Shown: piece by piece, positions 12,401 to 26,608 of the stretch | Layout of the letters: every line of letters begins with the position of its first letter | How positions within the stretch are numbered: position 1 is the stretch's first letter | Assembly: GCA_028023455.1 (NCBI GenBank) | Contig: JAQFVV010000010.1 | Location: 5,270,001-5,334,000 of the forward strand | Direction: 5' to 3' | Length of the DNA: 64,000 nucleotides | Source: Epiperipatus broadwayi | Lineage: Eukaryota > Animalia > Onychophora | The notes under the pieces: generated by a model | What the model was told of the DNA's origin: nothing | Database searches by the model: none | Seen by the model: only the letters and a program-made list of their open reading frames with translations | Translations under genes and position numbers: made by a program

Positions 12401-13035
12401 TAACACCTAAGAAGAAAATAAAGATTGATAATGATGAGTCAAAAGAAATTAACAACTACATATACTTTGGTCATATTATTATGACAGATGGAAATATAAT
12501 AGATGAAATTAATCACAGAATTAAATTTAATTGGAGTGCTTTTGATAGAAATAACTTAAAAAGAAATTGGTTGAAAAGAAAAGTTTTTAATAAATGTGTT
12601 TTACCAGTTCTTACTTATGGATTTGAGACATGGACACTTAACAGAAGAGTGATACAGAGACTTCATACCATTCAACAAAATATGGAAAGATACATGTAGG
12701 AATAACTAAAAAAAATAGTAAATGCAATACAAGTGTGAGAGAACACACAGATGCTAACGATATCACTGAGAGAATTAAAAGACTGAAATGGAGTTAGGCT
12801 GGACATATTACTAAAAGAGATAATAACAGATGGGCAGTTGAAATCTTAAATGGAATTCCAAAAGATTGCCAAAGACCTAGAAAAAGATCACATGTGAGAT
12901 GGATAGATGAAATAAGAAAGTATGCTGGTGTGATGGGGAGAAGAGAGACTAAAGCTTGGAGAAGATGAACTGAACTGTGAGAAACCTTCATCATCCTCAG
13001 TGTATCGATAATGGTTGAAACTGATAGTGATGATG
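9400..13035 (+). mobile_element. RTE-clade LINE relic (APE endonuclease plus RT), interrupted by a PLE fragment
   Basis: IVMGDCNAGIGK..FGYGDRNERGYRLVEFAEKEKLYIMN at 9437-9568 resumes near 10721 (IMN..LTWKHPN). Further motifs GFVDYEKAFDS, QSDSISPKLF, LDFTDDVV, FNKCVLPVLTYGFETWTLN, and a gat-rich 3' tail near 13020-13035. Confidence 0.9.
9569..10720 (-). mobile_element. 5'-truncated Penelope-like element with inverted terminal copy, nested in the RTE LINE
   Basis: ORF 10009-10581 ends VYNISCPENNCMASYYGETKATLSTRLSQHR (GIY-YIG). After one TAG the frame continues SYNKAQ..HQKSAGHA..KRKVKEACFI..KKWIN*. ~70 bp inverted repeats at ~9571-9642 and ~10603-10670. A 13-bp duplication tatattatgaatt at 9556-9568 and 10721-10733 flanks the insert. 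Confidence 0.9.
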
Positions 13036-14770
13036 TATTGTTATAGATGAACTTCCAAGATTACTATTTTCATATTTATTATTTTTAAGGAGTATTTTTT
13101 TTTTTACACATAATTAAACATAAATTTTATTTAAATGCTTAGACTAAAATAAACTATTGACTTTGATCTAAGTTTATCAATAACAAAACTTCATTAAAAT
13201 ATGAACATATTTCAGAAGAGATTCCTTCTTAGCTTCACTTCTTTTGTGTTTTCAGTACTGATGAACTAATTAAACAGCTAAAGACAATTATTAATAAAAT
13301 TTATATCCTGTTTTATAAAAATTATTATATAAGTAGACATGTAATAATATACTTACTGTACTGACAAACAGCTAAAGACAATTGTTAATGAAATTTATAT
13401 CCTGTTTTAGAAAAAATTATTATACAAATATATACATAATTATATATGTTGACAAAATTGCTTTGAGATCATATCTGTATATATTAATGAATTTTCAAGT
13501 GCCATAAGATTAGAGATTAAATATCATTTAAGATATTTGGCATTCTTCAAATAAAAGTGAGTTTTCAAAATTCTTTCTTAAAATATTAAAATAAAAATTA
13601 ATTGAACATGGAATAAAACAAAATATATTAATGAAATAAGAAAGAGTAAAGGTTTTTATAAATCTTAAACTATCATCCAAAAAAAAAAAAAAAAGATTTT
13701 AAAATCACAATTGCTATAATTAAAATATAAATTCCAAATAACCAAGTATGTTATCAAAAATTACAATAGTATTTTTAAATTCTTTCCAAGATAATATGAA
13801 ATATATATATGCACATAGTTGTATAAAATTGTTGATGAAAGAATTTAGTCACTATTTAATAAATATGACTGCACTAAGATTTCTCTGCCTGATCTTATTT
13901 GATTTATAGACACAATATGTCTCACATTTATTAGTTTTTCACCTGATTGGTAGTAAATACTGATACAAACCATTAATCATTTTATTTTAAATGTGGTTGT
14001 GAAAGCATAATTCATAAGATGTTGTAGTAGCAACTGAGGACAGCTTTTCTGAAACAATATTTTAGTCAATAAGAAAAAAAAAAAGTAAGCTCCTTTAATT
14101 AAGTCTCCACCAATAATATAAAATTATAACATTTAAAGAGATTTAAAAAATAGATTTAGCAGAGTTTATCTCATTCTAAATCTGAAAGTATGTTTCTCTT
14201 TGATCACCAGCTTTAACAGCACATATTAGTGTGCAAATTTTGTTTGATATAATTATTTTGAAATTTACTTGGATTTATATAAAATCTTGATTTGCAATGA
14301 GCAAAAGAATATCATTACTGAGAAAGGTTAAATAAAGAAAAGTCCTTATTCCAAATAAAAAAATGACATAGTTTTATTTAACCAGACAAACTGATGTTGA
14401 AAAGTTAAAGAATTTTTGATCATCTTGAAAACATTCTGGAATTTTTTTATATTATGTTAACCTTATTATATCTATATAGTATGTTATATTCTCTTGTTTT
14501 CTTTTATTCTTTCATCAATAAATATATTAGATTCTTCTACACCCTCTGGCATAGATCTGGTGGTTTGATTTTCTGGTACATACAATTCTTTTCTTTTTGT
14601 CATTATCTGATAACATAATGGTTTTTTTGGGGATAATTATGATTGTAACCTAGCTAAGAATTTGGTCAATACAGCAATTATTAATCAACTTGGTAATAAT
14701 GGAAATAACTAGAGGGCCTACTTTTCAAGTATAATAATCATGAAAATTGGTCAGGTTAGTATATATATAC

Positions 14771-17700
14771 TGTAACAAGTTGGGTTACATGGCACACAAA
14801 AACATAGTGTGCGTGTACAAATATATATAAAGTTGAAAGGAAAAGTAGAAATAAACACAGACATAAATTTTTGTAGATATTTTCTACATGTCACTTAGAA
14901 TAATAATCCTATAAAGGGTTAAATAATTCTGAATTTAGAACAGAATTTTATTATGAAATATTTTTTTAAAAAATATCTAAGTAAATATTATTATTCTGAT
15001 TTTGAAATTTAAAAACAAGCAGAGTTTATTTTTGAAATCTTTTAATTATAAAAATCTCTTTTTTTAATTAGTGCTTGTATGCATTTCTATCTGGTTAAAA
15101 ATCTTTGTACATTAAAATTCCAAAAGGATTAAAGTAAAAACATGTAGATCACACCTTTGATAAAGTTTCAAAGTTGCTGTTGAAAAAATTAGTGATCTTT
15201 TTGAAAAGATAAAAAAAAGTTTTAATTAAATGTGTGGCTGATAAAAAAATATCAGTTTTTTTTTTTGCATGTAGTTTTTGTAAGAGCTGGCTAGAAGAAT
15301 CTGGCTTTAATATTTGTGAAGCAAGTGGCCAAATGGGCCGGCTGCAAAGTTTAGATAATAATTTTTCTGAAGACAGCTCTTGTCTTAAATTTTTTGTGAA
15401 GAGTTTGCTGCTGTTTGATGGTAACTGTAGCAGAGAATGGCAACAATAAAGCTAGCTAAAGCTGGAGACTTACACTAAAAGAGCTTCCATGGAGATCTAA
15501 AAGAGGATAGGTCTAGCAGCTGTCCTATAGTTTATTATGGAGTTTTGATTCACCTGAAATTTGCGCCAATTTCTAATGGATCAATTAGCCTTAAATGTAG
15601 ACAAGACAGCTGGGTGACGAAGTATATATGAAACCAAATCAAAACCAACAAGCCTGATTCTTTGCCTGATGATGACTATCCAGACTACCAGCACATACAA
15701 GAGAACCCCCATCAGTTGCTGAAGAAGTATATATATATATATGCTGATGTATCCATATGTAAAGAAGCACAGATAAACATATATACAGCTGTTGGAGAAT
15801 AATGTTATATATTAAAAATGACATTCGAAAAGTGACATATATAATCTATAATGATTATTGTAAATCATTTATTGAGAAAACAAAGACATTTTGAAATTTA
15901 TATTTTTAATTGTATAAAACGATTTTATTTTTCACTTATTAAAAAAATAAATAAATTAAGAAACATTCTAAAAGAAAGAAGCAGTCCACAGGCAATTATA
16001 TATATATTATTAAAGAAATGGTACAAGTATCAACGACAGTACAGGTCGCTGGATGGCACTGTTCCTACTCAAAAACAGTTAAATATACCATTTCTAAGGC
16101 AGGCTGTAATGACCTATAGTGTGTTCTGCTAATTTCTCACAATTCACACTTAGTTCAAGCACCCTGTTCTTACTCTCCAAATGATTGCTATTGAGTCTTG
16201 GGTATCGTATAATTTGAGCGTGTATATATTTGAATTCAAACAACTTTTTTTATATTATTAAATACATTTTTATTTTACATTCAAATTACATAGTATTATG
16301 TAGAAAAATTTATCAAAGAGTCGTATTTTTTTTTTTTTAAGTTTGTTTTGAAGGGTGTAAAATAAAACAAACTTTGTTTGTAAACATGATTTATTTGATA
16401 AAGACGTTATCTGTGAGATCTTCAAGAGAACAACAAAATGGTGCATACTGCTGTGGACGGTGTTCGATTCGCAATAGTTGTTTGATTTTTAATGTTAAGT
16501 TTACAAACTTAAATGTATGGGATTAAAAGAAAAAAAATATAAACTATAGTAAATTGTTTATTATATACTTTTTAAAAATATGTCGAAAAAAAAGGTAATA
16601 AGAACTTTCTTAGACGTTTTTAAAAAAAGATGTTTCTATTTTCTCCCTCCCAAAAAAAATACGGCGATTAAAAGAAAAAAAAATTAACTATAGTAAATCG
16701 TTTACTATACAGTTTTTAAAATATATCACTTGTTTAATAATATGTCAAAAAAAATGGTAAGAAAAAAGAATGTTCTTTACTATTTATTTAATAAAAAAGA
16801 AATTAAGATAAAAACACGATATTTAATAATATCGCAAATCAGTTCTTTAATAATATGTCAAATAAAAAGATAAGAACAAAGACAATATTCTTTAATATTT
16901 ATTTATGCAGAAAAAAATTAAGATAAAAACACGATATTTAATATGTCACGGCCAGGTAACTCTAAAATGTAAGAACAAAGACGACGTTCTTTACTATTTA
17001 TTTTATTTATTTAAGAAAAAAAAAAATTAAGGTAAAAACACGATATTTAATATTATGTCATGGCCAGGTAATGTTAAAATGTAAGAAAAGACGACATTTT
17101 TTACTATTTATTTAAGAAAAAATATGAAGATAAAAACCTGATATATAATAATATGTCATGGCCAGGTAACATTATATTTCAATGTTTTTGACTAGCAACA
17201 GCACCATCCAGTGATCTGTACCCTCATCGTTGAGACTTATACCAAAAAAATTGTTTATAATAGTTCCCTAAAAAAATGACATTTTAAAAATACCAGCAAA
17301 TAAATTTTGCTTGAACTAAAAGTAAAAAAAATATATAAACAAATAAAAAATTAAAGGATTAACAGACAATTCTATAGACTAAATTTAAAGCGTTGATAAT
17401 TAATTAATCAACAATCAAAAAGTTATCTGTCAAAAATTGACTATATTTTTTTAAAAAACAAAAAACAAAGCTACAATAGAATTTGATAAACTGATTTTTT
17501 TATATATTGATACACAAACATATATTTAAATTTTATGTATATTTAAAATGGAATTAGTAATTATAAAAATTATTGTTATTTATTGTTTGACAAAATTAAA
17601 TTTATTAATTAGTAAACCTAACATAGGTATTTGTATTATTAAAAATATAACTTAAAAGTTTAATCATCTATTATTGTAGGACAATTTAAATAATATTCAG

Positions 17701-18818
17701 AAATTACATCACACACATGTACGTGTGCATAAATATGTCAATGCTTGTCAAATAGGACATATATGTAAAATTTAATCATTTTTTGTCATTAATGAATATC
17801 AATTGAAATATATTAATTGTATATTATAAATTACACGTCTGTGCACATATATATGTAAAACACCATGTAATAACTTCAATTTTGTAAATCACATATATGT
17901 AAATCACAAAGTGATAATTTGTTTTATTATTGTATGTTAATCAAAATCAGAAAGCTTATATGTGTAGCCAATATTCTAGACCTTAATATCATTTTTTTAC
18001 TGTTGTTAATAAACTTGAATTCAATTGTTAAAAATTGCATTGCATCATCTCTTGATCACCATAACAGAAACAGAGTTTATGTTCCCTGAACTAGATTCAT
18101 GCAATCATCATCCTGGTTGGCACAAAAGAGAATACTCTTTAAAGCCCATGCACTACATTTTATTTTAGTATACTAATGGTACTAAGTGGCCAGAACATTG
18201 ATGATAATCAGCATGTTTCAATATCCCAGCATTATTATTTTTTTGTTGTATTCTTATGGATTAGCATTAAGTGTGTGCATCTAAATTAATGTTTTAATAA
18301 TTGGCCCAAGCTGGCAAAGGCTCAATAGTTAGCCTGGTCTACAGAAGACCCATTTCCAATCCAGTCACCAGATCAACTGTTGATTTATATTTTGGTATTG
18401 TTCAAATCCAGTCTCAAGATGAACTGTTGATTTATTTATTTTGGTAGATCATTCATGATGATGAATTGTTATTACTTGGAGTATTACTCATACTTACTTT
18501 GACTTATTATAATGCTGGTTGATTTATAGCTAATCATAGTTGCTCTGAGGAGTGACTGGCTGATCTCTGAGAGTTATCATCTCTCATGCTCTTTAATATC
18601 TTCTCATCTTTTAATACTACTTTAATATCATACTTTACTAAACTATGCTATAAACATTACTTAAATCTTGAATATTATATCTAACATTACTTATATTTTA
18701 AAAATTTATATAAATTTTAAATTTCAAATTTTGTTAATTTGGGATTGATGATGAATTGCCATAACCCCACCTTCACCCCAGGAATGACCATCTTCTTTTG
18801 ATACCCCACCCTGTTACA
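14771..18818. mobile_element. Solo LTR copy A (~2.6 kb plus a ~1.4 kb nested insertion), probably Gypsy type
   Basis: Starts TGTAAC and ends GTTACA, with atac/atat flanks. Colinear with 52391-55039 over many shared blocks (e.g. ttacatggcacac..aaagttgaaaggaaaagtagaaataaacacaga; ggtactaagtggccag). No internal coding region. Confidence 0.75.
16019..17244. mobile_element. Non-autonomous TIR element nested in solo LTR A
   Basis: Imperfect ~69 bp terminal inverted repeats at 16019-16087 and 17174-17244. Internal ~120 bp tandem units (aagataaaaacacgatatttaat..) at ~16800-17170. Absent from LTR copy B. Confidence 0.7.
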
Positions 18819-18859
18819 ATATATACATATATTATCAATAATCTTAATTCAACATACTT

Positions 18860-19760
18860 TTAAATGGAAGTCAAAACTACTGGTTTTGATTGCTTTTTCG
18901 CCATATGTAATCTTGGAGCAACTTAGATTTAACATTGCTGTAATATTTTCAAAAGCAATAAAAAAACCCTGATGAAATGAATCTCATAGGCATATTTATC
19001 ATCTGCCTAGATATAACAGAATTAATCTTTTGATGCATAATAGATTGAACAATTCAGGATTTAAATCTGCTTTTGTGCTTTCTATCAATTTTTTACTGCC
19101 ATATTCAAATGCAAGGAAATCTCTTGATGATGATATATTATATTGTTTAATAATGATCAATTTCATGTTCTTTATATATGTTTTCCTTTTCCAACATTTT
19201 CACTGACAGTTTTTCTTAGTTGAAATAAAAAGTATTAAAAATAAAAAAAAAAGAATGATAAAATAATTATAAACTTCCAAATGATAATGGATGGTTAAAA
19301 TTCATAATGGAATTTATAATGCTGATTTTCTTTAATGCGTGTAAAGAGTTATAGTATATAAACAAATAAACAAACAAAAAAAGAATGATCAAGAAAATTA
19401 TAGTCTGGGAATGACTTGGAAAAATTAAATTCATCATACCATTATTTGTTTATCTTGCAATGATTTAATGATGTCTTTTCTTTATGAATGGAACAATTAA
19501 TTGTTGAAATTGGTTTATCATATCTAGAAATTATTAGTAATTTTCAAATGGTTTGTTTTTTTAATTTCATTTCAATGTATTGTAATGGTTTCATGAAAAT
19601 TAGTCCTCTCAGTTTTCAAATTCCATTTAATCAACTTTTGACATTAGCAGCTATATAATCTTTATTTAAAGTGAATTTTGTAATTTTAGAAGACATTTTT
19701 TTTCCTCTGTAGTATTAAAAACAAGTTACTTTTAGAAAAAGGAGTCCAATTCTTTAAAAG
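18860..19760 (-). mobile_element. Possible hAT transposase relic
   Basis: Fragments AANVKS..NGI (DGAANMSG-like), NCSIHKE (HC.IH.E-like) and AFENITAML..YGEKAIK (dimerisation-domain-like, FPN..ERSFS). Very degenerate. Confidence 0.4.
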
Positions 19761-20239
19761 AATTTACATCTCCTGAATGATTTTAAATAGTTTAATTATG
19801 TATTTATAAAAATAAAAATATACTATTATTGTTAATGTTTGATATTAAATTAATGTTTAATAATTAAAACAAATACATTACATCATATATATGTTGTGTA
19901 TTCAACTACGAAGCTGAATGCCAACCATAACAAAAAACATTATAAGTTGAATTAAAAATCATTAAATAAAGGTGAGAAATATACTTATTTACATTATAGT
20001 ATATCACACATTATATACAATATGACAAAGTAAGTTCTTAATAAATGCTAATACTTCCTACTGTAAGACTAAACAATGTCTTAACTATTCTCAGACCTGA
20101 GTAAATACTAAAAAAATTGTCTACACTCACAGTTTGACTCTACACAGATCTCATGAGAGTCTTATCAGGCATACACAAATAAAAATAAGCAATGAGGTCA
20201 TTACAGAAGCTTGGTCTCTGGGATGATGTCTCTCATAGC

Positions 20240-21995
20240 AGAAAAGTTACTACAACTTTTCCAACAATTAATGGGGAGTTGGCATTTGTATTGGAAAGAA
20301 AATTTGGAATAATGTTGCAAAGGTGGATTGTATTGACTATAGGCTGAGAATGATGAAAATAACTGCAAATTCTAACGATTTTATCGTACAAGGTTATATG
20401 CTGAGCACTAGTCATGATAATATTAAAATCGATAAAAAATTTGAGAAGATAGAAGAAATTATCCAATGTAAGGCAAAAAAATGCATATATATATATTACT
20501 ATCGGGTGATTGAATGCTATTGTAGGAAAAAATAAGGTAGGAAAAATTGTTGAAAATTGGAGTATTAGAAAAAAAAAATGAAAAAGATAGCCAGCTTGTA
20601 CAATTTTGTAAGGAGAATGAGTTTGTGATTGCAAACACTTGCTTTAAAAATCATATAAGAAGATTGTATACATGGAAAGCTTCAGGTGATTGAGAATAAT
20701 ATCAAATTGATTATATATTGATTCAGAATAATGCTATTAAGGGTTCACAGCTTTGTCTGGTGATGATATAACCTCAGATCATAATTTGGTTATGACTAAA
20801 TTAAACTTGAGTTTAAAAACAATAAAAAGAGGGGAAAGATATATTAACTTATGCTTCTGTTTTATTGAGGATTTTAACTCAAAAAATTTATGGGAAGGTA
20901 GAATATTATATTGGAAAAGAACAGTTGGTTTTCAGAAAGGGAAAAGTACAAAAGATGCTATTGGTGTAGTTAGAACAATTGTTGAGATATACATTGAAAA
21001 AGATAAAGGGATTGTATAAAAGCATTTGGGAGAGTAATCTGGAATAAACTTATGATCATCTTAAAAAATAAAGGAATATTTTGAAAAGAGAAAAGATTGA
21101 TTTGGACTATAAATGAGACTGATAGAGTGAATATAGAAAAAAGGAATTCAGTAAACCACCTGTTCTTTTTAATATTTATTTAGAAGACATGTTAAATAAT
21201 TATTTAGATTGTGAAGGAACAAATATTGGAGGTAGAACAATAAAATGTATAAAACTTGCAGATAATATGTCTCTTATAGCTGAGACTAAAAAGTGTCTTC
21301 AGAATAAGTTGAATAAATTGGAGAAATGAGTATGGAATATGGAATGAAGATTAACGTTGAAAAGATTAAGTGTTTATGGATATGAAGAAATGCAAAAAAA
21401 AAAATTGAAATCCATGATATCATAGTTTAATAAGTAAAAAGATTAGTTGGTTGAGTGAGAATAGAAGAAATGAAATTTAAAAAAAACCATTGGCAAAGGA
21501 GGCATTTATTAAGAGAAAGAAAATATTTTGTCGACCTTTGAACATAAAATTAAGAAAAGATTAATAAAATACTATGTGTGGAGGATATTATTGTATGGTT
21601 GTGAAACATGACAATGAGTAATAAAATTAGAAACAGATTGAAAGCCTCTGAGATTTGGCCAAGAATGGAAAAATCAGTTGGAGAACAAATAAAGAAAGTT
21701 TTGAAAAGATTAAAAAGAAAGGAAGATTGATGAGAAAATTAAAAATAGAAAGAGAAACTGGATTGGACATATAATAAAAAGAAAGAGTAGTTGAATAAAA
21801 TGTGTTTTGGAGAGAATGTTGAGTGGAAATAAGAAGAAAGAATGAAAAAGATTGACATTGTTGGATGATATAAGAGATGGGAAGAGTTACATGCTATTGA
21901 AGAGCTGGGAAATGAAGAGAACAGAGTGGAAAAAATGGATGTGATATTGTGACTACTTCTGAACCTGTCCATGGGATAGAATACTTTTGATGATG
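20240..21995 (+). mobile_element. RTE-clade LINE relic, internally deleted
   Basis: FIVQGYMLSTSHD; EFVIANTCFKNHIRRLYTWKASG; YQIDYILI; VGFQKGKSTKDAIGVVRTI; KCIKLADNMSLIAE; tail gaacctgtccatgggatagaatacttttgatgatgat. Confidence 0.88.
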
Positions 21996-22029
21996 ATATT
22001 GTCATTAAATGTTCTTCAAATAAATATTT

Positions 22030-23780
22030 GCCTATGTAAGTTATTCAAATTAGAGCATTATTATCTTGAATAATATTGTTCTGAAAATGTTTTCATTTTC
22101 ATGGGATGCATTTGGTTCAAAAAATGTTCAAATCTACAATTGCAATACATTTCTACAAAATAATGATTGGAACAAATGATCATATTATAGGTACCAAAAT
22201 CTTTATATTTCCAATAACATGTTCAACAGATGAACAAAGACAGTCTGGACAAATTTCTTTTAGCAATTGTCACAATAAATGATTGAAAAAAGAGTAAGTA
22301 AATATTTATCAATTATATGATATTCTTCTAGTATTCTACTTTTATTAATTCTTATGTTCATTATGCCACTGCTTTCATATTATTATCAGAAATGAGTGAC
22401 TTTACGAATTCATAAATGTTTTGCTTGAGAAGTTCACAATAGACTAATTTATAGTTTATGGAATGTTGATCTCTGTTGTAAATTTCTCCATTAAGAATGT
22501 ATTTTTTAATTACAATCCTTAAACATCGCAAAACTCTCCATACAGTAGTGCCATCTTGTGCCAACCAGAGTAATCACTGGATGCTAGATGGCACTACTAT
22601 ATGGAGAGTTTTGCTATGTTTAATAACAATTATGTGCTAGTTTGAGATAGTGATCATGTGATGTTTAGTGGTTTAATTACAATCCTTCATAATGTTTACT
22701 GATACTTTTACTTTAGTTCAAACTTTATTCTAATGGGTTTTGTTCTGTTAATTTACCTTATTGCAAGCATCATCCCTACAACTATTTATTTTCAAATGAT
22801 TCTGCAATTATGGACACTAACATTCCTCTTATCAGAAATTCTTTTAAAATCAAATATATCCAACACTTATTTATTATGAAATTGACATCAACTTCCTATC
22901 AGACTCATCTCACCATCTCTTCTTAGTCTTCTAACTGGAAAAAAGTGTTATATTCATATATTATTTCCACTTTGTGCTTCATATAATGACAAAAAAATAC
23001 TATTTTATTAGATATTCCCAATATTCTGTTTAATCCTTTATGTGCATATATATTTATTAAAATATGGTTTTTTAACATTAACAACTTACCAACTTCGCTT
23101 ATTATTTTTGGTGGAATTGCTAATTTTCCTACAAGAACAATAAAAGATATAAAAAAACCTTCAAAATACAACAATTATATTATAATAACTATCTTAACCT
23201 ATCTTTATACTTTGTCTATATGAAAATACAATATATTAACATTAGTTAAATAAATATATCAGTTTCAATATAGCAATTTCTTGCATCTCTATTTTTCCAG
23301 CTTATTACATCATTGCTTTGTTTTTATTTTTATTACTTAAAAAAACTTAAGACTATTATGAGACATAATTGTTTCACAAACATGCACACACACTGTTTTA
23401 GATCTTATTCTACTAGAACATCAATAAAATAATCAAAATATATAACAAATTGAACCTTTGCCATTATTTTATATAATATAAAGAAACTATAAATGAGAAT
23501 AAACTTTAAGTTTAATTTAAGAAACTTTACTTTTGATGCATTTTTTTACTTATTTAAATGGTAGGGGTCTCTAATTCATTTTGTGTTAATTTGCATAATA
23601 AACCCAGCTTATTTGATTTTTCTCTTTTTGTTAATTCTTTCTTTACAAATCATCTCGGCAATATCTGAATTAAATCAATGTCCATATTCTTTTTCATGAC
23701 TGCAAAATACTGACACATCTGTAAAATTATTTTTATCATTTCTACATATAAGCGAATGCTGTGTCATTCTCGAATTCACT
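22030..23780 (-). mobile_element. Possible CACTA/EnSpm transposase relic
   Basis: Ordered fragments VMKK, QNELETPTI, MFVKQ, TNVNILYFHIDKV, YNC.YFEG, KKYILNGEIY, KCIAIVDL resemble animal CACTA transposase motifs (recalled). Many lesions. Confidence 0.45.
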
Positions 23781-25416
23781 TTAGTTTACCCATAGTGTAT
23801 ATATATTGTTGGCAGCAAAGAGAATAATATAATTGTTTCCATTTTAAATCAGTATAAAAACTGTATATATCTTTCAGATATTGATATTTTCTTATGTGCT
23901 TTTCACAATGTTATTTATAATATGTTTAAAAAATTAAATAAAAGAATATCGTAATTAATTGAATTAAAAAAACTGAAAAAAAAAACAATGAAATTTGTTA
24001 ATTATATTTGAAATAAAGTGGAGTAATAATTTATTATATTATAAAATGGCAATTATCCTGTTTAACATTAGAAGTGTGCACTAACGTGATATCCCAAATA
24101 CCAAAATTGCATAAATTCACAAGCTTGAGAGTATTTTTGCATGAAGGTTTGAGCCCAACAAAAGAGAAAATAGAAATTTATATTTTTGATATGGTAAGGC
24201 TAGTTTCAAAACTAATATATATATATATACTAGGGAGACATAGCCCCCTGACAATCCCCCAGGGTTCACTCAACCCCACTCTTTTGACAGAATTTATAGA
24301 AAAATATTTATTTCTAACACTTCTTTCAGAACAAATATTATACATAGGATGTTTTTGAAATTCCAACAGTATTACATTAAAGATGGATAAAATTAGAAAA
24401 AAATGATACCAAACACATATATGGAAGATTTAAAAAATAACTCTGATTTAATGCATTACATAAAATCATTACTTATTATTCATATTCTTTTTTCGAATTT
24501 TTTATTTAATATATATTTAACACGCACCAACTATATTTTATTGTTTTATTAATTGGTAAAAGCAAGTTAACAACAGTTTTTTACTACAGGTGCAGTGTTT
24601 CTGCAAGGTTGAAAGTTTTATTTTACCACACTTAATTATCAAATCATATATATTAGAATCTTCTAAAAGAGTATTCATGAGTGTTCATAATAAAATATTG
24701 TTTGTCTATAAAGAAAAATTCAAGTTCTATTTCCCCCCATATTAAATAAGTCCACATTAATTATTTCATAAAAAGCAACTTTATTCTTTTTTTTTATATT
24801 AACAGATTTATAACCAGAATTTTTAGTGAATTACATCATTTGCTTCTATTTTGTCACTTATGATTTTATTTTATATATATATATGGTAGATATATTAGAT
24901 ATGTAGAGTATTTTAAAATAAACAATATGTATAATAAGGGAAAAATTAAAAATAATAAAAAATAGACGGTGTTATCGTATCCACTAAATATTGGAAATAA
25001 AAACATAAAATGGATAAAATGAATTTAACTAAGGTCATATATGTTGTGGAGTATAGCCAGTCCAGTTTCTCATATATATACTATGAGAAAATTAAGGCAA
25101 AGTTAAGTATGAAAATTTTGCAAATTCACTTACATATAGAAATGGTAAAATTAAATTTTATAAAGTGTTAGTATTTTATAATCATAAAAAGAATATGGAC
25201 ATATCCTCATTTGATTCAGGTACTATTGAGTTGAGTTGTAAAAAAGAAATGACAGAAAGAGAAAATTAAAAAAGCATGGTTTATTATTTAAAATCAACAT
25301 AAGATGAATCAGAGAACCAATAGCACTCATATAAATAAAAAATGTTTTTTTTTTTTTAAAATGTTAATGATGAAATGTTGTTGTGTTGATAATCATGATA
25401 TATATATATATAATAT

Positions 25417-25839
25417 AAAATCATATAACATTATAAAACTAGCCAAAAAACAAAATTTTACTAAAATTCTCTCATGACCATGGTTTTATCTATTAACAAG
25501 TATACCTTCTCAAGTAAAATTCAACAACATACAAACCACATACATATAGAAAACAAAATAGACTTCTCATAATTCATTTCAAAAATCAACCACTTTTAAC
25601 ACCAAAGGATATCTTCATGAGATTGATGGCCTCAAATTCAAAACTTCTTTTGATGTTAAAGATGGTTGGTTTTTGAAGTGAATATGGAAAGGCTATTTTG
25701 TTTTCTATATATATGTTGTTTTTGTATCTTGTTAAATTTAATTTGAGAAGGTCTGTTTGTTAATAGATGAAATCATGGTCATAAGAGAATTTTAGTAAAA
25801 TTTTGTTTTTTGGCCAGTTTTGTAAAGTTATATGATTTT
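25417..25839. mobile_element. Foldback/MITE-like element with ~190 bp imperfect inverted arms
   Basis: 25417-25609 is the diverged reverse complement of 25646-25839 (aaaatcatataac..aaaactagccaaaaaacaaaattttactaaaattctc); spacer ~36 nt. Confidence 0.85.
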
Positions 25840-26608
25840 TTATTTTATTTATCATCACTAGTATAGCATTGGCAATATTTAATATACATATATTCCTTCC
25901 AAAAGGTAGATAACTATTTTTCATAACTGACAAAAGTTAATACTGTATTAACATCTTTGATCTTCATATAATAGATATTTTATTTATAAAATCAAAATAT
26001 ATTGTATACATATTATATAACTGAGTGATACAGCAACATAAAATAAATAGTCAAAACTCTCATAGCTAAAATCATTTCTACAGATAAATTTAAATTAGCT
26101 AATCTCTATGTTAACACAGTCATTAAAAATTTGTACATAACTAGCTTCATGAGATATATATTATTTTTATAATATAAAAGACATTTTTTACACATGGTTT
26201 CAATTATATTAATATTATATGAATTTCTGAAGAATTCTTAATACAAGAAGATATGTTTCTAAATCTTAAAAGGCTGATCATGAATAATATGAAAAATTTG
26301 ATTGTTTATTTTATATTACTACAGTATAGCAAATAGCAATATTCAAAATATACTAAACTTTAAAATGAAAGTAATAAATGCATTTCAATCATAGATTATA
26401 ATTAATCATTTACTAAAATTACATATATTACACTTCCAAAATTTTCGAGTGTTAATACTTATGTTTTCATGAATAACAAATTTGTTATTGAGCATTATTT
26501 TACTTTCAAGATAATACATTTTATAGTAAAGAATATAAAGTAATTTTTATTGACATTTTAAAAAGATAATTTTATTGTTTGCAATTTTTAATTATAAATT
26601 ACATTTAC

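Noticed and set aside
13352-13366. Candidate 15-nt minus-strand microexon (ag|CTGTTTGTCAGTACA|gtaagt) for the missing VPS54 linker
   Set aside because: In frame (AVCQYK) but unlike VPS54, and it overlaps a local 94-bp tandem duplication, so probably chance.
13927-13944. Candidate 18-nt microexon (ag|GTGAAAAACTAATAAAAT|gtgaga)
   Set aside because: Joining to the next exon creates TAA.
22544-22598. 13-bp inverted repeat agtagtgccatct/agatggcactact
   Set aside because: A short subterminal-type TE motif; insufficient to define an element.
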